NCBI GenBank assembly: GCA_019828565.1
Contig: JAHDYR010000001.1
Location: forward strand, 436,664-500,663
Source of the DNA: Carpediemonas membranifera BICM
Lineage: Eukaryota; Protista; Fornicata
Length of the DNA: 64,000 bases
Direction: 5' to 3'
The notes under the pieces were generated by a model. That model did not search any database. It was not told where the DNA came from and saw only the letters and a list, made by a program, of their open reading frames with translations. How positions within the stretch are numbered: position 1 is the stretch's first letter; each line of letters starts with the position of its first letter. The translations under genes were made by a program, and so were the position numbers. Shown piece by piece: positions 48,953 through 59,200 of the stretch.

Positions 48953-49870
48953 TTAATGGGATGAGAACAGTGTCTCAGCAGTTTTTCTTAACTGCGACGG
49001 ATGATTTCTGATGGCCTCGCCGATGTAGGGGCGGAGTGAGTTGCCATTGTCCCATGTGCCCAGCTGTAGCAGGGTCTCGAGGGGTGTCCCGGCGAGGGCT
49101 AACTCGGAGGCGGCCCCCTTGCGGAAGCTGTGGAGGCCAACGCGGTCGTCGTTGAACGTCCTCCGGAGCTCATCTCGCATGTACCGCATGGAGGCCGCCT
49201 TCCGTCGGCTGATTGTACGGTCGGAGGTGATGACTCTCCAGATGCCGACATCTGGCGGCAAGCGGAGGCCGAGAACCCATCTCTTCAGCGCGAATGCGGG
49301 GTTGAAGGGACCCAGTAAGACGTTCGGCAGGGATTTTGACACCTTAGTCTGAGTCTTGGTCTGGCCGATGAGGAGTTGGACGTCTCCGTTGGCTTTGAAG
49401 ACGATGTCGTGAGGAGTGAGGCGGAATATCTCTGCCCCACGGCTGACTGTTAGGTATGCGATCGCGGCGAACAGGGTCGCCTGGTAAGCCGAGACGCTGT
49501 CGTTCCGACGAGTGATTGCGCGCAGCATGTCCTCCTTGAGTATGGGCGCCGAGCCACCTGTCATGCCGTCCGTCGAGGCGTGGGCGGCGATGCCGCGTCG
49601 AATCTGAGAGCAGTAAGGACTGGGAAGCCAGTCGGAGAACAGGGGCGCGGCTCGCTCTATCCAGTAGCCCTTGCGCTCTACGGTGGCTGGGGCGTTATGC
49701 TCTGCCTCCTCCTCGAGGAAGGCTCAGTATACTTCGGTGTCGTCTAAGTCCTGGCCTCGAAACTCTATAAAAGCGGTGATCCAGCCGGCTACTGCTCGGC
49801 GCGTCTCGTGTCTGCGCATGTGAGCGAGTATTGGGTGGTTGACGATGCTGGTGAACAGGTCTGGAAGGCG
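48953..49870 (-). CDS. YR-A tyrosine recombinase (start approximate; frameshift near 49725)
   Basis: Catalytic set: R in VSRGAE, K in KT, HSFR, W in LGTW, Y in LRPY. Confidence 0.88.
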
Positions 49871-51690
49871 AGGGCCATGAAGCGGATATTCCCGTTCGGC
49901 TTGGCCAGGCGCTCTACGAGAGGGAGGTTGTCGGACGCGAAGTCGCTCCTGGGGATGGAGAAGGCGATCTTGCAAGTTGCCTGTGATTTGAGGAGTCGGA
50001 GCTCGGGCGATGTGATGTCTGGGACGACGAGGAAGACGGCTGAGGTCCAGGTTGACGGAGGGGATGTAGTCCGGGTCGCGAGGATCGAATTCAGGACTCG
50101 ACAGACCCGACCCAGTATCATCGGCGACGGGGGTGGTGCCGCATAGATCCGGTGTCCGCGCCAGTCCCGGTCCATCCCGTCTTGCCAGGAGGTGGAAGCG
50201 AACCCTGGGAGGAGTAGACTGTGGTCTGGGTATGGAGTTACGTCTACGTCCACCGGACCCCAGCTGGACAGGATCTGCTCGAGGACGTGGGGTGGTGTGA
50301 GCAACCCCCGAGATAGGCGGTCTGCAGCTAGATTGAGATGACCTGGAGTGTGATGGGCGCTGATGAGCAGTCTCTTCGCGCTCATCTCGCGGTAAAGGGA
50401 GTGGAGGATCTGCAGGGCCATTGGCGGAGCCTTCGAGCTGCCCTCCTTGTTGATCCAAGCGACACACGTGGTGTTGTCGGAATACACGGTCAGGCGTCTC
50501 GTCTGAGGCTGTGTTGGCACCAGGCGCGAGCCGAAGAGTACGGCTGCCAACTCCTTCACATTGATTGACTGATTGGCTAGCGCGCCATTGAAGGAGCCGT
50601 GGCTGCTCTGCGTGGTGGCTGCCCACTGGGCGCCCCAGCCCGAGCCTGAGGCGTCGGTTGATATGACCAGCTCGAGGGTCTGGTCGTTCTGCCACATGTT
50701 CTTCAGCTCCACGAAGGGGCGGCTTGGACGGCTGGACAACAGCTCTTGCCATTCTCGAAGTTCTGAGGCGTAGGGTGTGATGTCGATCCAGTCCGAGGGA
50801 GCCCTTGGCAGTGACCGGAGCTTTAGTGTGGCTCTGTGGGCGGATGTTGCGAAAAAGGACAGCTTGCCGACCAGCTTCGCCCAGTCCTCCGCCTTCATGC
50901 GGCGTTGAGCGAGGGCGTCGGTAATGCACGCTTGGTATTTCTCCGCCTTGTCGACTGGAAGGCGAAGGGTCTGGTCTGCCGAGTTCAGAAGCAGACCAAG
51001 GAACTCGATGCACTGGCAAGGAACCAGAATGCACTTCTCTAGAGATGGTATTAGTCCGAGGGCGTCCAGAGTTTGCATGGCCCGTGGTAGCTCTGCTTTG
51101 AGGTGGGCCTGGCTCTCGGCGGAAAGAAGAAAGTCGTCTAGGTATACGTTGACTGTCACGTGGTGCCGCAGGGCGATTATCTTCGCTGCCTGGATCATGG
51201 TGGACTGGAAAAAGAAGGGTGCCGCCGTCCACCCGAATCCGAGGGTGCGGTAGCGAAATGCTCGCCCGTCTGGAAGTACGATCCCCAGGAGAGGCTTGTC
51301 GCTGTCCTTGATGCCGAGCTGAGAATATCCAGACCGGAGGTCTATCTTGGCCATCCAGGCATTCTTGCTGAGCGTGTTGATGGCCCGTCTGATGCCGAAG
51401 AGTCGGAAGGAGCGACGTTCTTTCGAGACGCGGTTGAGACGCGTGAGGTTGTGTATTACACGAATGTCCTGCCCCTTGGCCACGGCGAACAGAGGGGCGC
51501 TGTGGCGAAGTTCTGAAAGTCGTGTCGGCTCGATGATACCATCTTCCTGCATCTTGGAGAGTTTGGGTAAGATACGCGGGTCGATCGAGTTTTGTGGACG
51601 CGCCGGAGGGGGAGGATGCGTGAGCTCGACCGGGATCCCTTCTCTGATCCAGCCCACGACTTGCTGAGAGGCCTTGAATCTTTCCCACAC
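49789..51690 (-). CDS. YR-A RT, RNase H and methyltransferase-like domain
   Basis: DLRSGY, GFGW..AP..FQ, VYLDDFL, STDASG.GWG, INVKEL, SDN, N..AD.LSR, DW...IYAAPP. Confidence 0.9.
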   Translation of the reverse strand: MWERFKASQQVVGWIREGIPVELTHPPPPARPQNSIDPRILPKLSKMQEDGIIEPTRLSELRHSAPLFAVAKGQDIRVIHNLTRLNRVSKERRSFRLFGIRRAINTLSKNAWMAKIDLRSGYSQLGIKDSDKPLLGIVLPDGRAFRYRTLGFGWTAAPFFFQSTMIQAAKIIALRHHVTVNVYLDDFLLSAESQAHLKAELPRAMQTLDALGLIPSLEKCILVPCQCIEFLGLLLNSADQTLRLPVDKAEKYQACITDALAQRRMKAEDWAKLVGKLSFFATSAHRATLKLRSLPRAPSDWIDITPYASELREWQELLSSRPSRPFVELKNMWQNDQTLELVISTDASGSGWGAQWAATTQSSHGSFNGALANQSINVKELAAVLFGSRLVPTQPQTRRLTVYSDNTTCVAWINKEGSSKAPPMALQILHSLYREMSAKRLLISAHHTPGHLNLAADRLSRGLLTPPHVLEQILSSWGPVDVDVTPYPDHSLLLPGFASTSWQDGMDRDWRGHRIYAAPPPSPMILGRVCRVLNSILATRTTSPPSTWTSAVFLVVPDITSPELRLLKSQATCKIAFSIPRSDFASDNLPLVERLAKPNGNIRFMALAFQTCSPASSTTQYSLTCADTRRAEQ

Positions 51691-51720
51691 CCACCATCGC
51701 TTTTGGAGTGGAGGGAAAGG

Positions 51721-52206
51721 CTAGGACCTCGAGCGGCGGCCGTTGTGGCCGCCCTCCGGTTGAAAATTACGCCTCTTGCGCTTACCTTTCATCTTGGCGC
51801 GGGCTATGATGGCGTCGATGTCTAGCTCTGACTCAATGACGGATGCCTTGAGGGCAGCAGCTGCATAGTCGGTTGCCGCGTCATCGTAATCGTCCTTGAG
51901 GAGCAGTAGCTTATAGCGGCCGAGGAGTCGGAGGCGAAGTGTGTTGGCATCGAGCATGTCGGTGGCGATGTCCCTTAGAAGCTCTTTGATGAATCTGGCT
52001 TCATCGCGGGGACCAAAGCGTTGCGGAAGTTCTAAATCGGCGAGCGTGTTGAGGAATGAGCGGTTTCTTGCATTGACTGGCTCGTCGTAATCGGGCCCCT
52101 GCGCGATGTTCGCTTCAACCGAAGCTAAACGGCCAGAAAGCTCGCCTAGAACCCTTAGTATCTCCTCTTGTTGCGGATTGGGCGTGCCCGTGTCTTCTTC
52201 GGGCAT
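51721..52206 (-). CDS. YR-A gag-like ORF1 (161 aa)
   Basis: First ORF of the element; shares P.RFG..DEARF with YR-B ORF1; basic C-terminus. Confidence 0.7.
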   Translation of the reverse strand: MPEEDTGTPNPQQEEILRVLGELSGRLASVEANIAQGPDYDEPVNARNRSFLNTLADLELPQRFGPRDEARFIKELLRDIATDMLDANTLRLRLLGRYKLLLLKDDYDDAATDYAAAALKASVIESELDIDAIIARAKMKGKRKRRNFQPEGGHNGRRSRS

Positions 52207-52502
52207 CTTTCGAATTCTGCCATATCCTGCACATCTGGTCGAATCAATCCAACGATCAATAGTCTCCGGCCCGCGCTCCCCGCGGGACCCTCCGACCCTC
52301 AGCACCCCGGGTGCCCTGGTCGAGTGCTGCTCGTGCTAGAGTATCCACAAAGTGTGGCTCTATAACAGAGAGCCCTCCTCTTAAATCCAACCAAAATGGG
52401 ACAATCCCGCAAGACGTCCCTGTGGGACTAAAGCTTTGGGCCGGCGAGTCCGTCTCGCCTCGGCCGTTCCCCTCGAACGCGGATGTTTAATGGAGGGGGT
52501 GG

Positions 52503-53380
52503 TTAAAAGTGGGGCCCGAGAAGGTTGAGGTTCATCCTCCTGGTGAGGTCCTCGTTTGTTCTGATGGCGTCAGCGACATAGCTGCGGAGGGAGGTGACGT
52601 CCTTCCATGTGCCCATTGAGAGGATCACCTCCAGCGGGACTCCTGATAGAGCCATCTCCGACGCTGCCCCCTTACGGAAGCTGTGGAGACCCGTCCGTGG
52701 ACCGAACAACGCCTTCACGACTCGTCGGAGGTGTGCGGCTGTGAGCGGTTTGTCTCTGCTCAGGCGCCCGTTGACTATGACTCGCCAGATGGGGGTGTCA
52801 TCAGCCAGGTAGTGTGTGCCCTCGACCCAGCGTCTAAGTGCCAAGGCCGGGTTGAAGGCGGCTGATAGCCATACGTATGGTACGCGCTTCTTAACTCCCG
52901 TTAGGATGGTCTTGGTCCGCTGAATGTGTAGGAGAATGTCGCCGTTCTTGAGTAGCTCCAGGTCGGCCGGGCATAGGGAGAGTATCTCGATGCCTCTGGA
53001 CACCGTCAGATAGGCGACTGCCCCAAAGAGACATGCCTGATATGACTCAAAGTCGTCACTCCGGCGCCCCAGTGCCTCGATCATCTCAGCCTTGGTGATG
53101 GCGCGCGAGCCGCCGGTAGTTCCCGCCGTGCTGGCGCCCTTAGCCGCCTGCTTAACGATGTACTTGGAGTTGGCGGGCGGATGCCAGTCTTTGAGGAACT
53201 CCTGTAGCCCTTCCTCGCCACGTTCGATGGCCCGCAGAAGGAGCCTTCGTCCTTGAGGAAGGCTACAAGCTGGTCTCGATCCGACAGGCTGCGATCGCGA
53301 GAGCCTTCGAACCTGGCCACCCAGCCGGCCACCGTCCGAGCAGACGCGTGATTAAGGTGAATCACTCTGTCCGACCTGAG
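52503..53380 (-). CDS. YR-B tyrosine recombinase (start approximate; frameshifts in the N-terminal part)
   Basis: VSRGIE, RTKT, GLHSFRKGAASE, MGTW, LRSY. Confidence 0.85.
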
Positions 53381-54107
53381 GACTCTGTGGAAAACGTCCT
53401 GAACGCCATCACATTGAACCGTAGGCGTCCTCTGTCCTGTAGGTGAAGTAGGTGGGCCAGATCTGAGCTCGAAGCCGGGACGGAGAGACGGAGTTTCCAG
53501 GACGTCCAACTCTTGAGGAGTCTCATCTCCGGCGCTTGAACCTCTGGGTAGAGGAGAAAGACTGCTGAGGTCCAAGACCTCGGGTGTCCAGTCTGAGTCT
53601 GAACTCTCGCTGTCGCTATCTTCTGGACTATGGCTGCCATAGACGAATTGGGGGCCCAGAGGACGCGACATCCAAGCCTTACGTCTACGTCCGTTGAGAC
53701 TGTCTGGACTGGACCCCACTCCGCGAGGACAGATTCCATGCTGGACTCCAGAGAGGAAGGGAGTCGTGAGAAGTCTCTGGACAGCCGATATGCTGCCAGG
53801 TTGATGATGCCCGGAGTGTGTAGTCCACGGAGTGTCAGGTTCCGGTCCTCCGCCTCCTTCTGGATCTGGGCTAGAATGTGCAGGGCCTGAGGTGGAGCCT
53901 TCGTAGACCCCGCCTTGTTGAGCCAGGCCAGAGCTGATGTGTTGTCTGAGAAGATCGATAGCTCGCGTTGGGAACTCTGTCTGCCGATCAGACGGATGCC
54001 CTGTAGGATTCCCGCGAGCTCCTTCACGTTGATAGATTCTGCTCTTAGTTCTGGAGTGAACGTGCCCGAGGCTGAGGTCCCGTACTCGCCGTGCACGGCT
54101 GCTCCCC

Positions 54108-55659
54108 TGTGGTTTGACTATACCTGTTTTACTGGGAGAATAGACTTCGACACAGGGGTGTCGAAGTCAATCCATAAATGTTCTTAAATTGTACTGACTG
54201 ACACTGCCCCTCCATGCTCAACTGACTTGAGTATGAATAACTTGTGCCGGTAGGCCTCACAGGGGAAAGCCTGTGCTAACCTACTTCACCGTTGGCGGCT
54301 GGGGAATAGCCCAGTGCCCGGGAAGGGTACTCTGCCTTAGCTCGGTAACCCTTGCTTCACCGTCGCTAACTGTGGGTAGCACAGCAGCCGGAACACCGTT
54401 GACACACTCTTACTGCCACGTAAGGGTGTCCGGTACAACCGTAGTTGTTCTGTGGTGACTTATCTCCAAATTGATTGACTCAGAATTTCGTGGTACCACT
54501 GTGTAAGTATTGCGTCATACGCTCAAGGGTTAGTCTTACCCTGGCTTACCGCCCTCCCACGGGCCATTACTGGGCCGTATGGTCGTCGATTAGTTCATTC
54601 GGATCCTTAAAATGCACAAATGGCTTCAGTTCGAAACCACCATGGTATGCGGCCTTGAAAGCCCTCATTCTTACATAGCGTTCGAATAACGCCTCTAGAC
54701 ACACTTTGCGCACTTGATCTTATCTCTCTTACAGTCCCGGGCGAAGTGACCTTGCTTGCCGCAGTTCTGACACTGCTTACTGGCTCTGTCGGGCCGTCTC
54801 GTATCAGGCTGGGAACTGGAGTGGTTGTACGCGTGCGGTGGCTCAGGAGCTTGGCGTTGGAGGGGAGGCTGGTCAGGTCTTGCCTGTTGACGTTCTTGGC
54901 GGCCCGGACGGGCTCTGCTAGACTTGACGCGGCTTCCAGGATGTGTTGACGACACTGGATGGAGGGATGCGTATGATTCAGAGATGAGACGAGCTTCCTC
55001 GAGCTTCTTGCAGATCATAAGAGAGGTAATGAAGGTCTCATCGAGCGACATTCCTACTACGGCGTCTTTGACCTCCTCGCGGAGGAACTCGTCCAGGATT
55101 CCGTTCAGGAACATCTGGCGGATCGTAGCAGGCGCCAGATCAGGCTTGATGATGCGGTACCTTGTACGGAACTTGTCCAAGTACTGTGTGAAGCGCCCCG
55201 AATGGACGCCCTTCACAGAGAGCTGGAATAGTTGGCGCTGTAGGATAGCTGATTGAGGTTTGATGGCGTCAACGACGGCCTGGAAAGCTAGGTCTTCCGC
55301 TCCGGACTTTTTCATACGGACTTGCGGTGCGCGAAAAATAAGGGAGGATGATGTCTTCTGTCTCCTCGCGCGGCGGTACACCTGCTTAACATCAACACCC
55401 GATGAACTGCAGAATGTTAGAACTGCAGGGCCTAAGCGCTTAATGAGGCGGCGCTTTCCACCGGCCTGAACATGTCTCGTTAGCTTTTCGTGAAATGCCA
55501 GAATGGCACTAATGCTTGGCTCGTTCACTGACGGGCCGTTTTCAGTCATTTGAAGTAATATTACTGTGGTTTGACTATACTGTTTTACTGGGAGAATAGA
55601 CTTCGACACAGGGGTGTCGAAGTCAATCCATAAATGTTCTTAAATTGTACTGACTGACA
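54108..55659 (-). mobile_element. Non-autonomous gag-only LTR element
   Basis: LTRs 54108-54203 and 55565-55659 (one-base indel); TSD CCCC; PPT GGAGGGGCAG; no pol. Confidence 0.92.
54695..55549 (-). CDS. Gag with CCHC zinc knuckle
   Basis: Intact ORF from MTENG; Y..KFR / F.NG capsid-like motif; CQNCGKQGHFARDC. Confidence 0.85.
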   Translation of the reverse strand: MTENGPSVNEPSISAILAFHEKLTRHVQAGGKRRLIKRLGPAVLTFCSSSGVDVKQVYRRARRQKTSSSLIFRAPQVRMKKSGAEDLAFQAVVDAIKPQSAILQRQLFQLSVKGVHSGRFTQYLDKFRTRYRIIKPDLAPATIRQMFLNGILDEFLREEVKDAVVGMSLDETFITSLMICKKLEEARLISESYASLHPVSSTHPGSRVKSSRARPGRQERQQARPDQPPLQRQAPEPPHAYNHSSSQPDTRRPDRASKQCQNCGKQGHFARDCKRDKIKCAKCV

Positions 55660-56211
55660 CCCCACTTGACTCCAGATGCGTCTGTCGATACGACGAGGTC
55701 TAAGGAGGGGTGAGCGCCCCAAAGCGACTGAAGCTCTCTGATGTCTCGGACTGGGCGCTCTCTTAGCAGTAGCAGCCACTCTTGCAGTAGCTCCTTGGAG
55801 AGTGGGTCCTGTTGAAGGTGTCTCAGCCGGAGGAAAGCCCCGTGGGCGGTTGTAGCGAAGTAAGTCAGTCTCCCGAGGATCTTGGCCCAAGTCTCCTGAT
55901 CGATGGTCTTGCCTGCCAGAGCCTGATGAATGTGAGAGGAGTAACGTTTGGCCTTGTCCGCCGGGAGGCGTATTGTAAAACTCGCGGAGTCTATCACGAG
56001 CCCCAGATAGACCAATGACTGAGTCGGTGCCCATTCTGACTTCTCCTCTGAGGTGAGGACACAGAGGTCGGCTAGAGTCCGCCTGATGCGCGGCACCGCC
56101 CTCCTCAGGATTTCTCGGTCGCGGTGAAATAAGAGGAAGTCGTCGAGGTAGACAACGATGGTAAGACCCGTCCGAAGGGCTAGTATCTTGGCGAGTTGGT
56201 TGGTGATCGTC

Positions 56212-59200
56212 TGTGCCGGGGCGAAGAGATTGGAACATTTACATAAACTGCGGACGTGGATGCCTTATGACATCCTACCCCCCTTAAGCTTGAGCTTGTG
56301 GGACTTGAGGTAGTCACGTGCCGCAGTGACGTGGCGGAGCCCGTCAGCGGGTTCCCATGTGGGATCGTAGTCGCCCTCCCAGCAGACGAGGAGCTGCAGT
56401 GTGCCGTTGCGGCGACGGTGCTTCTCGATGCCTTGCACGACGTACGTCTGCTCGTCGGAGGCGGCGAGGTTCTTCAGGCGGCTGAGCCCCGACTTGGTGT
56501 TGAAAGGAAGGACCTGGTCTACGTGAGCCATGAAGGGGGCGCTCTCGAAAAGGTCGACCAGCTGAAGGGTGTTGTTGTCCTTGATGGCGAGAATCTTGAA
56601 CGGGCCGGCGAAGCCATGCAGCTTTGGGGTCTTCGTCCGGTTGAGCAGGACGAGGTCGCCTTCCTTGAAGCTAGTCGGCTGGCGGTCGGCGTTGGCCTTG
56701 GCGAGGCGCTTGTCTACAGTCTCGCGCTGCTTCTCGGCCGCCCTAGAGGTCAACTTGGAGAGGTGGGCTCGAAGTAAAGTGATGTAGGCTGAGGCTGAGG
56801 CAAGGGGCGAGTCATTGTCGCTCGGTCGGAGGATTCTAGCGACTGTGGAGCTGGGGTCGAGTTGGTCTCCATACAGCATGGCGTGGGGTGTGACCCCAGT
56901 GGCGCTGCAGGTGGTTGTGTTCAGCAGCAGCTGAACTACCGGAAGGAGGTCGCTCCAACGGGAGAACTTGTCGAATTGGAGGATCAAACAGCGAAGATGC
57001 TTCATGACCTCCGCGTTACGACGCTCTACCAGCCCATTCGACTGAGGGTGGTAGGGGAGGGTGAATTGCTGGGTGATGTCCGCGCTTTCGAGCAGGGCCT
57101 TGACGACGTTGCCGGTGAACTCAGGCCCGTTGTCGGACTTGATGAACAGGGGAGTCCCATGACGGGTAATCACCTGGCGCCAGAGGGCCTCTGACGCTGC
57201 ATCAGCTGTGTTCTCGTCCGTCGCGGCCAACTCAGTGTAGCGAGTAAACATATCGACCATAACTGTGATGTATCTGGAGCCGACTGCGTCTGCCGGGATT
57301 GGACCAATAGTATCCACTGCGACAGTGTGGAACGGTTTGTACACTGCTGTTGTGCGGAGCTCTGCCTCGGCGAAGTTGCGTAGGCGAGCTTTCTGGCACT
57401 CGTCACATGAGGCGATGAACTCCTCGACATCTGTTGTGCAGCCTGTCCAGGTATAGCCGTCTGCTCTCAGGCGTTCGATGGTAGCCTTGGCGCCGTGGTG
57501 TCCTCTGTGGGCGATCTGTATCAGCTCCTTTCGGAGGGGTCTGCACACGGTTGAAGTAGGGATGACGACGAGGCCGTCATTGCGGCGAAGACCGTCGCTG
57601 TCTACGGTCAGCTTGGAGACGGTAGAGTCGTCTGTCTGGTGTTTGATGAGTGTGTCATGGTAGCGGGAGTCAGTCGTGATGGCTGCGACAGTGGGCGAGG
57701 TCAAGTGACCGCAGCGGCTCAGCGCGTCTGCGACTGCGTTCTGTAGGCCGGGAACGTGCTCGACATCGAACTTGTAGTCTGCTAATGTCAGTCTCCACCG
57801 GTTGATCTTGTCGTTCTCGGATGACTTGGCGATCATGTAAATAAGATTACGGTGGTCGGTCCGTAGGAGGAACCTCTTCAGGCGTAGGAGGGGTGACAGG
57901 GTCGGGTGTGTAAGGCAAAAGACAATGGCAAATAGCTCCTGCTCACACGTGGCCCAGCGCGACTGGGTTGACGTGAATGTGTGAGAGAAGTAGGCGAGGA
58001 CCTGTGTCTTGTCGTCCTTTGTCTGCCATAGTACGCCGCCTGCTCCGATGTTGCTAGCGTCTGTCTCGAGCGTCCAGTCGGCGTCGGCGTCCGGATGTGC
58101 GATAAAGAGATCGTCAGTGAACAGGGTCTTCAGGCCGTCGAAAGCGGCGTCGTGCTCCGCTGTCCATTCCCACAGACGGTCCTTTTGCAGAAGATCGTTG
58201 AGAGGTCTCATGTACTCGTGTCGTGTATGGGGAACGAATGATGCGAGGTACTGGAACTGTCCGAGGACTACGCGAAGCTCGTGGACGTTGGTGGGTGCAG
58301 GTAGATCGCGTAGGGCTTGGGTCCTGGCTGGGTCGACGTGTACTCCGGCCTGGTCGACCGTAAAGCCGACAATCTTGGCGCTGGTGGTGCCGAAGACTCC
58401 CTTCTTGGCGCTGAACTGAACGCCTGCAGCGTCCGCGCGTGTGAGCAGGTCGCGGAGAATGCGTAGGAAGGAGTCATCGTCACGGGCGTAGATGAATATG
58501 TCGTCGATGTAGGGGTTGGCGCCCTTGTACAACAGTGGGGCGAGCATGCCTTCGATCTCCCGCTGGAAGTGAGAAGGCGCGTTGCAAAGGCCGAACGGCA
58601 TCCTGAGGAATTCCTCGTAGACGCCCGGGGCGGTGAAGGCCGTCTTAGGCACGTCGTCTGGGTGCATGGCCACCTGCCAGTAGCCCGACGTCAGGTCTAG
58701 CGTCGCAAAGCGTGTGCAGCCCGACGCGAGGTTGAGGAGTTCTCGCATGTTGGGGATCGGGTGCCGGTCGGGTACTGTCCAAGAGTTGAGGCGGCCGTAG
58801 TCGATACAGAGACGGTAGGCGTCGCCCTTTGCGACCAGGACGATGGGGCTTGCGTAAGGCCCCTCAGAGGGCTGTGTGATCTCGTCCTGGCGCAGGCGCT
58901 CGACGTATGGCAACAGCCACTCCAGCTTCTTCGGGTGTAGGTTGCGCGGGCGAAGACGGATCGGAGGGGCGTTGTCGTAAAGCGGGATGCGCATAGGGGC
59001 AAACGAGCACGGCTGTTTGCTTATGACGGGGTCGAATAGGTGATCGAACCGACGGAGGATCGAATGTAGCTCGTCGGTCTGGGCCTTGGTGGAGAGCTCG
59101 TGTATCTCACACGCGTCGGTGTGAAACTCGCTTGAGGAGACGGCCTCGACGAGGGCGTCGAGGTACTTGTGGAGTGGGAGGCCATCGGTGGCGTCCTCCG

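Larger units (their letters stand above)
44530..52342 (-). mobile_element. YR-A: DIRS/PAT-like tyrosine-recombinase retrotransposon (3' UTR interrupted by Ty3-4)
   Basis: gag, RT-RH-MT and YR ORFs between ATCC cores at 44526-44529 and 52343-52346. Confidence 0.8.

Noticed and set aside
49724-51697. 657-aa alternative-frame ORF over the YR-A RT
   Set aside because: Mostly low-complexity shadow translation; only its last residues resemble the YR N-terminus. A long overlapping YR ORF, as in some DIRS elements, cannot be fully excluded.
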